A DNA stretch of 64,000 nt from Candidatus Peregrinibacteria bacterium (GTDB lineage: Bacteria > Patescibacteriota > Gracilibacteria > UM-FILTER-43-11 > JACRIE01), in the NCBI GenBank assembly GCA_016220165.1, contig JACRIE010000040.1:16364-80363 (forward strand), given 5' to 3'. The position numbers and the translations under genes were made by a program. How positions within the stretch are numbered: position 1 is the stretch's first letter; the number at the start of each line of letters is the position of its first letter. Positions 31,833-41,239 of this stretch are shown here, piece after piece. A model generated the notes under the pieces. That model was given only the letters and a program-made list of their open reading frames with translations. It had not been told where the DNA came from and did not search any database.

Positions 31833-33347
31833 ATGCCTTCCGAAAAATCGTTTTACGTCACCACGGCCATCGCGTATGTGAATGGCGATCCGCACATCGG
31901 TTTTGCCATGGAATGCATCCAGGCCGACGCCATCGCGCGCTACAAACGATTGATGGGTTTTGACGTTCATTTCTTAACCGGCACGGATGAGAATGGAACC
32001 AAAAATTACGAAAGCGCTCAAAAAGAGGGGATTCCGCCTCAGGAATTCGTGGATCGGCAATCTAAAAAATTCCAAGGACTCAAAACGCTTCTCAATCTCA
32101 GCAATGATGATTTTATCCGCACCACGGACCAAAAACGTCACTGGCCGGCATGCCAAAAACTTTGGAAAAAAATGGTTGAGAAAGGAGACATCTATAAAAA
32201 AGAATATGAAGGTCGCTATTGCACAGGCTGCGAACGTTTTATGACTGAACGCGACCTTGTGAACGGAAAATGTGTTCTTCACAAACGCGCCCCGGAGATT
32301 CTCAAAGAGGAAAACTATTTTTTTAAACTCTCACGTTATTCAAAACAGATCATAAAACTCTTAGAATCCAACACGGTTTGTATCGTTCCGCAATTTCGCA
32401 AAAACGAAATCCTTAATTTGACGAAAGAAGGTCTCCATGACGTAAGCTTTTCGCGCCCCTGCAACGTGCTTCCGTGGGGCGTTCCGGTTCCCGGCGACGA
32501 CACTCAGATGATGTATGTCTGGTGCGACGCGCTTACAAATTACATTTCAGCCATTGATTATACCGGAGAGGGAAGTCTATTTAAAAAATTCTGGCCCGCG
32601 GACGTCCATGTGATTGGCAAAGACATTGTTCGCTTTCATGCGGGCATATGGATTGGAATGCTTCTTTCGGCTGAAATAGCGCTTCCAAAGGCTGAATTCA
32701 TTCATGGATTTATCACACATAATGGCGAAAAGATGAGTAAAAGCCTGGGAAATGTAGTAGACCCGCAAGAAGTAATCGCTGACTACGGTACTGATGCATT
32801 ACGCTATTATCTCTTAAAAGAAATTCCTCTCGGGAATGATGGTGATTTTACATATGAATTGTTCAAGGCAAGGCATAACGCTGATTTAGCCAACAATCTT
32901 GGGAATCTCGTGAATCGAGTCCATACATTAGTTTCGAAGGGCGGCTTCACGGATTTTACGGTTGGAAATGAAGCTAATCCCTGCAGAACCAAAGTGGAGG
33001 AGACCTGGGGGAAATATGAAAAAACCATGGACGTTTATTCACTTCACGAAGGCATTGAAACCGTGTGGGCCTTGGTTGACTTTGCGAATCAGGAAATGGA
33101 GCGGACCAAGCCATGGGCTCTCAAAAACCAGCCGGAAGAGCAAAAAAAGGTTCTTTGCAGCCAACTCGAGATGATCCGTCATATTTCGGTTTTGCTTAGC
33201 CCTTTCCTACCAAAAACATCACAAATCATCCGGGGACAGATCGGCCTTTCTCCTGAAATGAACCGCGAGACACAACAAAAATGGGGGGCGCTTACTTCGT
33301 GGAAGAAGCTGGGGGAACGAGCTATCCTATTCCAGCGCAGAGAATAA
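31833..33347 (+). CDS. metG: methionine--tRNA ligase
   Basis: FYVTTAIAYVNGDPHIGF (HIGH-type motif), CTGCERF...C zinc knuckle, KMSKSLGN (KMSKS motif) and the anticodon-binding helices. Started at MPSEKSF; the ORF track start 31791 is possible. Confidence 0.9.
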   Translation: MPSEKSFYVTTAIAYVNGDPHIGFAMECIQADAIARYKRLMGFDVHFLTGTDENGTKNYESAQKEGIPPQEFVDRQSKKFQGLKTLLNLSNDDFIRTTDQKRHWPACQKLWKKMVEKGDIYKKEYEGRYCTGCERFMTERDLVNGKCVLHKRAPEILKEENYFFKLSRYSKQIIKLLESNTVCIVPQFRKNEILNLTKEGLHDVSFSRPCNVLPWGVPVPGDDTQMMYVWCDALTNYISAIDYTGEGSLFKKFWPADVHVIGKDIVRFHAGIWIGMLLSAEIALPKAEFIHGFITHNGEKMSKSLGNVVDPQEVIADYGTDALRYYLLKEIPLGNDGDFTYELFKARHNADLANNLGNLVNRVHTLVSKGGFTDFTVGNEANPCRTKVEETWGKYEKTMDVYSLHEGIETVWALVDFANQEMERTKPWALKNQPEEQKKVLCSQLEMIRHISVLLSPFLPKTSQIIRGQIGLSPEMNRETQQKWGALTSWKKLGERAILFQRRE

Positions 33348-33414
33348 ACCGTGAAAAGAGTCAAAAATATTGACATTTATAACAAAATAGTATATTTTTA
33401 TTATATATAATTTC

Positions 33415-33443
33415 TTGAAAATAATCGGTTTTTTTGTTATAAT
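33415..33443 (+). promoter_or_regulatory. extended -10 promoter (TTGAAA-17-TGtTATAAT) upstream of the sortase gene
   Basis: TTGAAA at 33415-33420, TGT at 33435-33437 and TATAAT at 33438-33443. Confidence 0.55.
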
Positions 33444-33454
33444 TAAGGGCTATT

Positions 33455-34255
33455 ATGCATCATGTTCATATTCATTTTCCATCGGCTGACAAGGAAGGGG
33501 AGTGCCGTTCAATTTTTATGAACGAAAGGGTGTCGTTTCCCCTGTACGAAAAATTATGGCAATTGATTCGCTTTGCCGTAGTAACAGGCATCATTTTTAT
33601 TGGTATCTTTAGTCTCATCAATTTTTCAGCGTATAAACAAATTGTTCTCGACACCCTCAATCCTCAGGCTCAAAAAACCGCGCAAGTGGCTCTGGAAAAA
33701 GTAGTAGGAGCTGATTCCTCAGCGAGTCTTTCGCTACTTCCGATCCTTTCTGTTAAAAAAAAAGAGAGCCAAAAACATTTTTCTTACGATTTCCCGGTGA
33801 CACCCACAGATCATCGATTGATTATACCTAAACTTGGTAAAAATATTCCCGTGGTTGAAATGGATACCGGAGCCTTGAATGGTGAAGACTGGCCCGCGTT
33901 AGAAAAACAAATTCAATCCGGACTTCAAAAAGGGGTTGTCCATTATCCCGGAACCGCCAAACCAAATGAATTCGGGAACGTTTTTATCACAGGCCATAGT
34001 TCCTTTTATCCTTGGGATCCTGGAAAATTCAAAGACGTCTTTGCCCGCTTAGGCAAATTAGAGATCGGTGAAGAATTTTATCTTTATTACGATCAGAAGC
34101 GTTATGCCTATCAAATCATCGGAAAAAAAGAAGTGCCCCCGACGGATGTCTCTGTTTTGAAACAACCGAGAGATAAGAAGATTCTTACGCTCATGACCTG
34201 CGTGCCCGTTGGAACTACTTTGCGTCGCCTTATCATCACCGCCGCACAGGTTTAA
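33455..34255 (+). CDS. sortase family transpeptidase
   Basis: N-terminal TM anchor, catalytic His in VFITGHSS, TLMTC catalytic Cys motif, and a downstream Arg (TLRRLII). An alternative start lies at Met22 (33518). Confidence 0.8.
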   Translation: MHHVHIHFPSADKEGECRSIFMNERVSFPLYEKLWQLIRFAVVTGIIFIGIFSLINFSAYKQIVLDTLNPQAQKTAQVALEKVVGADSSASLSLLPILSVKKKESQKHFSYDFPVTPTDHRLIIPKLGKNIPVVEMDTGALNGEDWPALEKQIQSGLQKGVVHYPGTAKPNEFGNVFITGHSSFYPWDPGKFKDVFARLGKLEIGEEFYLYYDQKRYAYQIIGKKEVPPTDVSVLKQPRDKKILTLMTCVPVGTTLRRLIITAAQV

Positions 34256-34278
34256 AAAATTTGCTAACGGCGATTATT

Positions 34279-34308
34279 AATCCCGTATAAGATATATTGT
34301 ACGGGATT
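34279..34308. terminator. hairpin between convergent sortase and ftsA-like genes
   Basis: aatcccgta-taagatatattg-tacgggatt: a 9-bp stem with a 12-nt loop in a convergent intergenic region. Confidence 0.45.
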
Positions 34309-34376
34309 CTTTAAAAGACTTTTAAAACAAAAAAATATTAAAAACTACTCCCCTTGTCACGATCTTTACTCATTTT

Positions 34377-35660
34377 TCATATTTTCATAATCCCAATGAC
34401 CTTTTTTAAAACCTTTTGCATGATCGCCTCTTCTTCTAAAAGTTCTAATCCGCTATTGACTAAAGACAAAGGAATGATATCTTCATTATTTTTCAATTGT
34501 CGCGTCTCATCAATAAGATTATTCGTTAAATGACTTGGAGTAATAAACGCGATCTCCGGCTTTTCGTAAAAAGGTAATTTTTGATACCACTTAGTTTGAG
34601 TTAGCGCTTCTTTAATCTCAGATAAATAAGCCCCGCCGCCACACAAAAGAATTTTGGAAGGCAATACTTTAATCTGTTGGAAATCAGATAAAGCTAAAAT
34701 AAGCCCTGAAAGCCAGACTGAAATGTCCTCTACAATAATTTTTTCAATCCACTTTTTCGATTTTTTTTCTAATTTATCGGATGTATAAGCCAATTTTATT
34801 TTTTCCGCCTCTTCGAGTGAAATATTAAGTTCGGTAGCAATTCGCTTAGTGATCGTATGACTTCCAATGCTAAAAATCTTAGTACCGCTCAGCACTCCCT
34901 TCTCAAGCAACGTCAAATCCGTTGAGAAACCCCCTACATCAATTAAAATAACAGATTTTTCGCTGCTATACTCATTGAGACAGCGTGAAAGGGCGTAAGG
35001 TTCCGAAACAATTCCAAGAGATTCTAAATTAATCTCACTGACGATCGCTTGCAAAGCTTCAAAATGGACTAAAGGAGCAAAAGCATTAAAAATTGAAAGC
35101 TGTATAGTCTTTCCTTGAAATCCTAAAGGATTGGACACCTTGTAGCCATCAATAGCGATATCAACAATAGCGCTTTCAATAAGCTTAATATCAATTTCAG
35201 GATAACCCATCTCTTCACTCAAAGCCTTTCTGGATTCGCCAAAAGCCTTCCATTGAAGTTTGTGGACAATATTTTGAAGTTCGGAAAGATCAATTTTTGT
35301 TTCTTTCCCCTCTTCTCGCTTATATTCCATCACCATAGTAATACCCCGGACAAACTCTCCTCCAACGCCCATAATAAATTTTTGCGGCACAAGCCGTGGA
35401 ATTTTCACAATAGCCTCTAAAATAGCCCTTTTCGCGCTATTAGCGACACTGGCTACATCAGTGATAGCAGTATTATGAATATCATTTAAAAAATGGCTAA
35501 CCTTTCCCATGCCCTGAATAATTGCCCGCTTCCCGATCTGCTCTCCTTTTTTATTGTATTTTTGTTCCACGGTAAAAATAAGTGCCTTAATCACAGTTGT
35601 TCCTATATCAAGAGCGACAAATGCGGCTTCTTTTTTTTGTCGATGAAAGAAATTAAACAT
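34377..35660 (-). CDS. ftsA: FtsA-like actin-family cell division ATPase
   Basis: VALDIGTTVIKALIF (phosphate 1), LIDVGGFSTDLTL (phosphate 2), LCGGGAYL, and a C-terminal amphipathic helix (MQKVLKKVIGIMKI). Confidence 0.6.
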   Translation of the reverse strand: MFNFFHRQKKEAAFVALDIGTTVIKALIFTVEQKYNKKGEQIGKRAIIQGMGKVSHFLNDIHNTAITDVASVANSAKRAILEAIVKIPRLVPQKFIMGVGGEFVRGITMVMEYKREEGKETKIDLSELQNIVHKLQWKAFGESRKALSEEMGYPEIDIKLIESAIVDIAIDGYKVSNPLGFQGKTIQLSIFNAFAPLVHFEALQAIVSEINLESLGIVSEPYALSRCLNEYSSEKSVILIDVGGFSTDLTLLEKGVLSGTKIFSIGSHTITKRIATELNISLEEAEKIKLAYTSDKLEKKSKKWIEKIIVEDISVWLSGLILALSDFQQIKVLPSKILLCGGGAYLSEIKEALTQTKWYQKLPFYEKPEIAFITPSHLTNNLIDETRQLKNNEDIIPLSLVNSGLELLEEEAIMQKVLKKVIGIMKI

Positions 35661-35662
35661 AA

Positions 35663-36964
35663 TTAACGTACAATCATCTGCTCCCGATCTGCCCCGACTC
35701 CTATAAATTGAATAGGCGTTCCTAAAAGTTCTTCAAGTTTAAGAACATAATTCTGACAAAGTTTCGGCAAATCCTTGAATTTTTCTTTAGTTGAAATATC
35801 CTGCTTCCACCCCGGCATTTCTAAATATTCTACGTCAACTTTTCTAAGCTCTTCTACCGTAGCCGGAATAAAAGAAATAGGCTTATTTTCCAATAAATAC
35901 CGTGTTCCGATTTTAATAGTCTCAAAACCTGAAAAAACATCTAATTTAGTAAGATTAAGTGTCGAAATCCCACTTGTAACAATGGCATTTCTAACAACCG
36001 TTACGTCAAACCATCCGCAACGACGAGGTCGACCGGTAGTAGCTCCATATTCTTTCCCCGCCTCTCTTAATAAGTCACCTTCGATAGGAGGAAGTTCTGT
36101 CGGGAAAGGGCCGCTGCCTACTCGAGTGGTATAAGCTTTGGCAATTCCAATAACTGTTTCAAGCCGATTCGGCGCAAGACCCAACCCAATACAAGCGCCT
36201 CCGGATGAAGTGTTAGAAGAAGTAACATAAGGATAAGTTCCTAAATCAATATCCAAATGTGCTCCCTGCGCCCCTTCAATCAAAATTCTTTTTCCTTGTC
36301 GATAAGCCAAATCAATAAATTCAGTAGTATTGACAATATAAGGCGATAAAATCTCCGCGATATCCTTATAACGAACTATTTCCTGCTCAATATCTAAATT
36401 GCAGTGATACATCTTCGCAACCCATTCCATATTAGCCCTCAACTTTTCTGCAAATAAATTAAAATTTTTAAGATCAGCCAATCGTATGCCTCGACGTGAA
36501 ATCTTATCAGCATAAGCAGGCCCGATCCCTCTTTTCGTAGTGCCCACTTTATTCCCTCCTCTCCCCTGCTCCTGAATAGCGTCAATCTCTTGATGATAAT
36601 CAAAAAGAAGATGGGCGCGATCACTAAGCAGTAAACGATTTTCAAGCGCAATTCCGTCCTCTCTTAACATTTCCATCTCTTCAAGAAGCGTTGGAACATG
36701 AACCACCATTCCATTCCCAATGATACATATTTTATCAGCATGAAGAGCACCGCTAGGAATCAGATGAAAAATAATTTTTTTCTTTTTACCTCCAACATTC
36801 GTACAAATCGTATGCCCTGCGTTGGCTCCTCCCGTCGCTCGTGCGATAATATCGCACTCCTCTGCCAGGATATCAACCAATTTCCCTTTGCCTTCATCCC
36901 CCCATTGAGTACCTGCAATATAAATAACCTGGCCGAGATTTTTAAGGATTGAATCGTAGGACAT
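35663..36964 (-). CDS. purA: adenylosuccinate synthase
   Basis: IAGTQWGDEGKGKLVD, GGANAGHT, VGTTKRGIGPAY, GAQG..LDID.GTYPYVTSS and GATTGRPRRCGW. Started at MSYDSIL (36964); the longer track form adds a hydrophobic N-terminus. Confidence 0.92.
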   Translation of the reverse strand: MSYDSILKNLGQVIYIAGTQWGDEGKGKLVDILAEECDIIARATGGANAGHTICTNVGGKKKKIIFHLIPSGALHADKICIIGNGMVVHVPTLLEEMEMLREDGIALENRLLLSDRAHLLFDYHQEIDAIQEQGRGGNKVGTTKRGIGPAYADKISRRGIRLADLKNFNLFAEKLRANMEWVAKMYHCNLDIEQEIVRYKDIAEILSPYIVNTTEFIDLAYRQGKRILIEGAQGAHLDIDLGTYPYVTSSNTSSGGACIGLGLAPNRLETVIGIAKAYTTRVGSGPFPTELPPIEGDLLREAGKEYGATTGRPRRCGWFDVTVVRNAIVTSGISTLNLTKLDVFSGFETIKIGTRYLLENKPISFIPATVEELRKVDVEYLEMPGWKQDISTKEKFKDLPKLCQNYVLKLEELLGTPIQFIGVGADREQMIVR

Positions 36965-37043
36965 AACCAAAATTAAGAGAACCAGGAGGATAGTAACAGA
37001 CACTGTTTTTAAAAGCAATTTTTGCGATTGTGATCTGTTCTTC

Positions 37044-37628
37044 TTATGAATTACAAACCATTTTTTTAATAAATTCTAGAAAAAACGCAGGGAACCCTAT
37101 CACATTCCAATAATCTCCCTGAATTCGTCTAACAAAAACGCTCCCGGCTCCTTCAAGAGTCATGGCGCCGGAGCGCCCCTTCCACTCCCCTGTCTTAAGA
37201 TAAGCTTCACAAGTCTTACGACTAATCTTTCGAAAAAAAAGCCTTGTTTTTTCCGCTTCAAAAATGCGCCTCTTTTTACACTTATTAATAAGCGCTACCC
37301 CCGAATAAACATCACAATATTTTCCGCTGAAATTTTGGATTATTTTCTTAGCTTCTTCGCGATCTTTCGGCTTTCCTATCTGCCTATTTTTATCAAAAAA
37401 AACCAAAGTGTCAACTCCGATCACCCAATGATTCGGATAATGACTAGCCACACTTTCTGCTTTTCTTTTTGCGATTTCTCTTACGATAGCGGAAGGAATT
37501 TTTCTTGAACCCCATGTTTCAGAAACTCCTGAAGAAATCGCCTTAAAAGGGATCCCCCATTTTTTCAAAATAGCCTTCCGTTGCGGGCTTTTTGAAGCCA
37601 ATATCCACTGACTACATTCCGTTGCCAT
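37044..37628 (-). CDS. maf: Maf-like nucleoside triphosphate pyrophosphatase
   Basis: ILASKSPQRKAILKKWGIPF.., VIGVDTLV, GKP.DREEA and SGAMTLEGAG. Confidence 0.85.
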   Translation of the reverse strand: MATECSQWILASKSPQRKAILKKWGIPFKAISSGVSETWGSRKIPSAIVREIAKRKAESVASHYPNHWVIGVDTLVFFDKNRQIGKPKDREEAKKIIQNFSGKYCDVYSGVALINKCKKRRIFEAEKTRLFFRKISRKTCEAYLKTGEWKGRSGAMTLEGAGSVFVRRIQGDYWNVIGFPAFFLEFIKKMVCNS

Positions 37629-39312
37629 GGATCATATTATTTAACTCTTTGAGCGCTCGCTCCATTTGGGCGTCAAAATCTTCTTCCGTATTTTTGACTA
37701 TGATATCCGGAGTAATCCCCTTTCCATTAATACTCTTTCCAAGAGAAGTAAGCCATTCGGCAACGGTAAGCTTTAAGCTGGAGTTGTCTTCAAAAAAATT
37801 GATTTCTTGCACTGTCCCTTTACCGAAACTAATCTCCCCTATCAATTTCCCGATTTTCAGATCTTGAATAGCTCCCGCAGTAATTTCTGAAGCGGAAGCG
37901 CTCCCCTTATTCACAAGAACAACCAGGGGATAACGACTCAATTCACCTTTCCCGTTAGTATATTGGATAAAATCAAAACGAGGATATTTAATATTAACTG
38001 CTACAGATTCCGGAGGAAGAAAATAACTCAAAACACCGATGGCCGTGTCTAAAAAACCTCCCGGATTATCGCGAAGATCAAGAACGACCCCTTTTATTTC
38101 AATATTTTTCACAATTTTTTCTACCGCGTCCGCCAATTCTTTCATAGTTTGTTTTCCAAATTGACTCAGTTTGATAGTGGCGATTTCCCCATTAACTTCA
38201 AGCGTAACCGAAACAATGGTTATTAAGTCACGAACTACTTTCAAATTCACTATTTCCTCCTGACGAAGGAGCGAGAGGCTCACTTCGGTGCCACGTTTTC
38301 CTTTAATCCGACTGGCGACCTCGGGCAGAGACATTCCTTCCGTATTCACGCTATCAACAGATCTGATAATGTCGCCTGCTTTTATACCGGCTCGCTCTGC
38401 AGGAGAGCCCCTAATCGGGGCCACAATTACAATTTTATCTCCTTGAATCTCAAGATAGGCTCCAATACCTTCTATCTCTCCGTTAAGATCGTCCGATAAC
38501 GATTTATTTTCATTAGGATTCAAATAAACGGAATAAGTGTCACCAAGTGTTTTTGTCATTTCTTTAAGCGCAGCATTGATCATCTTCGCATCATCGATTT
38601 TAGACGAGTGGAGATAATTTTTATGGATTAAATTCCATATCTGAAGGAATTTAACTAATTGTGGATTATCGATTTTTTCCTGAGATCCTGCCGAAGAAAT
38701 TGTCAAATCAATAGTCGCGAGCTCCATTTGATAAATCATTTGAACGGCTTCTCCTCGAGTAAGATTATTACGTATTCCAAAATATTTTTCATTTTTAGGT
38801 TTAACCAATTTTAATTCCATAGCCCGAACGACCAAGGGTAATTCCGCGCTTTCCCCGGGAAGATCTCGATAAGGCAATACAACAGGAGTTGTACGCGGAA
38901 TAGGGATACTTTTAGAATGAAAAAGGAGCGTTATTGCTTCTATCGTATTTAATTTCCCGTAAGGAGCCAATGACCGCTTTTCAGAATCTAATATGCCTAA
39001 ATCGATTGCTTCTTGGACATAGGGGGCATACCACGCGTTATCGGAAGTGTCCGTGAAAGGAAGGTTTATTTTCAAAGGAAGAGGCCGATTGGGTGCATTA
39101 AGCTTTACAAGATATTTAATAAACTCTGCTTTTAAAATCGGAAGGTTCGGCTGAAACTTCTTCACTTTCAGAAAAATATTTTTCTGATTCAAATAATTAA
39201 CACTGTAATAATAGGGAGAATCATTGGGGATATCGTCAAAAGCGGCGCACCACGGAATCATGAAAACCATGACTAAAAACATAGATGCCATAATTCGGCT
39301 TAAATTTTTCAT
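37612..39312 (-). CDS. S41 carboxy-terminal processing protease with N-terminal SLH-like repeats and a PDZ domain
   Basis: Signal peptide. FDDIPNDSPYYYSVNYL and FTDTSDNAWYAPYVQEAIDLGIL (SLH-like). PDZ motif GSPAERAGIKAGDII. S41 core GVVLDLRDNPGGFLD and LVNKGSASASEI. Confidence 0.85.
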   Translation of the reverse strand: MKNLSRIMASMFLVMVFMIPWCAAFDDIPNDSPYYYSVNYLNQKNIFLKVKKFQPNLPILKAEFIKYLVKLNAPNRPLPLKINLPFTDTSDNAWYAPYVQEAIDLGILDSEKRSLAPYGKLNTIEAITLLFHSKSIPIPRTTPVVLPYRDLPGESAELPLVVRAMELKLVKPKNEKYFGIRNNLTRGEAVQMIYQMELATIDLTISSAGSQEKIDNPQLVKFLQIWNLIHKNYLHSSKIDDAKMINAALKEMTKTLGDTYSVYLNPNENKSLSDDLNGEIEGIGAYLEIQGDKIVIVAPIRGSPAERAGIKAGDIIRSVDSVNTEGMSLPEVASRIKGKRGTEVSLSLLRQEEIVNLKVVRDLITIVSVTLEVNGEIATIKLSQFGKQTMKELADAVEKIVKNIEIKGVVLDLRDNPGGFLDTAIGVLSYFLPPESVAVNIKYPRFDFIQYTNGKGELSRYPLVVLVNKGSASASEITAGAIQDLKIGKLIGEISFGKGTVQEINFFEDNSSLKLTVAEWLTSLGKSINGKGITPDIIVKNTEEDFDAQMERALKELNNMIHGNGM

Positions 39313-39348
39313 AAGACAAAATAATGTTTAAATAAAGAACCTCATTGG

Positions 39349-40605
39349 TTAATTTATTCCAGGAATTGGAAAGCGAGAGCAGAGCGTTTTCACTGCTCCA
39401 TGAAGCTCTCTCAGACGCTTCTCATTTCCTATATTTTTGACCGCCTCAATCATCCAGCCGACAATCCTTTCCATTTCCTTTTCTTTCATGCCTCGCGTGG
39501 TAATAGCAGGAGTTCCCAAACGAACACCCGATGGATCCATGGGGGAACGAGTATCGTCCGCAATCATATTCTTATTCAGCGTGATACCAATCAAATCCAA
39601 TACTTTTTCCACTTCTTGCCCTGATTTTCCGAAAGAACGAACCGTATCCATGAGCATCATATGATTATCCGTTCCGTTAGTGATAAGTTTGCATCCTTTT
39701 TTCATCAAGGTATCTGCCATCGTTTTCGCGTTGCGAATAATTTGAGCAGCGTATTCTTTAAATTCTGGCTTCATTGCTTCGCCTAGGGCAACGGCTTTGG
39801 CCGCCGTATTATTCATATGAGGACCACCTTGAAAACCTGGGAACACGGCTTTGTCAATTTTTTGAGCGAGTTCTTTTTTGCATAAAATCATTCCGCCTCG
39901 TGGTCCGCGTAAGGTCTTATGAGTAGTAGTCGTGACTACGTCAAAACCAAAATCAACCGGATTGATAAGCTGTTTCCCCGCGATAAGGCCTGCGATATGA
40001 GCCATATCCATCATGGCATAAGCCCCCACTTCATCCGCGATCTCACGAAATTTGGCATAATTAAGTTCTCGGGGATAAGCGGAAAAACCTGCCAAAATAA
40101 GTTTTGGTTTTACTTCTTTCGCCGTTCGTCGCAACTCTTCAAAATCGATTTCGCCCGTTTCCACATCTTTCATTTTATAACGGACAAAACGATAAATTTT
40201 CGCCATAAAAGTGACGGGGTGCCCATGAGTCAAATGCCCTCCATGAGACAAGTCCATTCCCATGATCGTATCCCCGGGTTCCAAAAGCGCTGAATAAACA
40301 GCGATATTTGCCGGAGCTCCAGAATGAGGCTGAACATTAACATGCTCCGCATTGAATAACTTTTTAGCGCGTTCAATCGCCAATGATTCAACGACGTCCG
40401 TGTACTCCTGTCCTCCATAATATCGTTTGCCAGGATAGCCTTCTGAATATTTATTAGTGAATACGCTTCCAAGCGCCTCCAAAACAGCCGGAGAAACATA
40501 ATTTTCCGAAGCAATGAGTTCCATTCCATCATTCTGTCGCTTGAATTCCCCTTGAAGAGCGGAATAAACTTCAGAATCCTCTTTTTGGATATAGTTTGAT
40601 GACAT
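39349..40605 (-). CDS. glyA: serine hydroxymethyltransferase
   Basis: ELIASENYVS, NKYSEGYPGKRYYGG, HLTHG and VTTTTHKTLRGPRGGMIL (PLP lysine). Confidence 0.95.
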   Translation of the reverse strand: MSSNYIQKEDSEVYSALQGEFKRQNDGMELIASENYVSPAVLEALGSVFTNKYSEGYPGKRYYGGQEYTDVVESLAIERAKKLFNAEHVNVQPHSGAPANIAVYSALLEPGDTIMGMDLSHGGHLTHGHPVTFMAKIYRFVRYKMKDVETGEIDFEELRRTAKEVKPKLILAGFSAYPRELNYAKFREIADEVGAYAMMDMAHIAGLIAGKQLINPVDFGFDVVTTTTHKTLRGPRGGMILCKKELAQKIDKAVFPGFQGGPHMNNTAAKAVALGEAMKPEFKEYAAQIIRNAKTMADTLMKKGCKLITNGTDNHMMLMDTVRSFGKSGQEVEKVLDLIGITLNKNMIADDTRSPMDPSGVRLGTPAITTRGMKEKEMERIVGWMIEAVKNIGNEKRLRELHGAVKTLCSRFPIPGIN

Positions 40606-40633
40606 TCTGAAATTTTATGAAATAAAATCTATT

Positions 40634-41218
40634 TTAGGGCTTAGATGACACAAAATAAATTCTTTGATCTGTAATAACAACATTCATAGCCACATCATAC
40701 GGATCATGAGGAATAGAATCAACCACTTGCTCAAAAAATGCTAATCCGATTTTCAATGTCTTCGAATATCTTTTTAAAAAATGGTCGTAAAAACCTTTAC
40801 CAAAACCAAGACGGTTGCCTTTCACATCAAAAGCCACTCCGGGAACAATAATTAAATCCAATGGCCCCGAATCCCCTTCTTCAACCCCCATCTCATTCTT
40901 CTGGAACTTAATCGGTTCTGGAATTCCAGCGTATCCTGAATGCAAATAAGGTTCGCCATAAAATCGCGCTGGCTCTATAAAGCCTTTTACCATCTGAGGA
41001 AGAAATAGATTCTTTGTTTTATAATAATTATTCAAAAGGACAATCGTATCCACTTCACTCGAAAAAGAATGGTAAAAAAGAATATTCTTTGCCTCTTGAA
41101 AATAAGACAATTGCTCTAATGATTTTGCGATGAGGCGGCTTTTGGCCTGACGTATTCCTTCGGAAAGATTATTCCTAAATTTAACGGCTTTTTGTCGAAT
41201 TTTTTCTTTCTGATTCAC
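40634..41218 (-). CDS. 5-formyltetrahydrofolate cyclo-ligase
   Basis: LDLIIVPGVAFDVKGNRLGFGKGFYDHFL is the family signature. It lies next to glyA. Confidence 0.85.
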   Translation of the reverse strand: MNQKEKIRQKAVKFRNNLSEGIRQAKSRLIAKSLEQLSYFQEAKNILFYHSFSSEVDTIVLLNNYYKTKNLFLPQMVKGFIEPARFYGEPYLHSGYAGIPEPIKFQKNEMGVEEGDSGPLDLIIVPGVAFDVKGNRLGFGKGFYDHFLKRYSKTLKIGLAFFEQVVDSIPHDPYDVAMNVVITDQRIYFVSSKP

Positions 41219-41239
41219 GTCTTTTGCTCATTTAATAAG

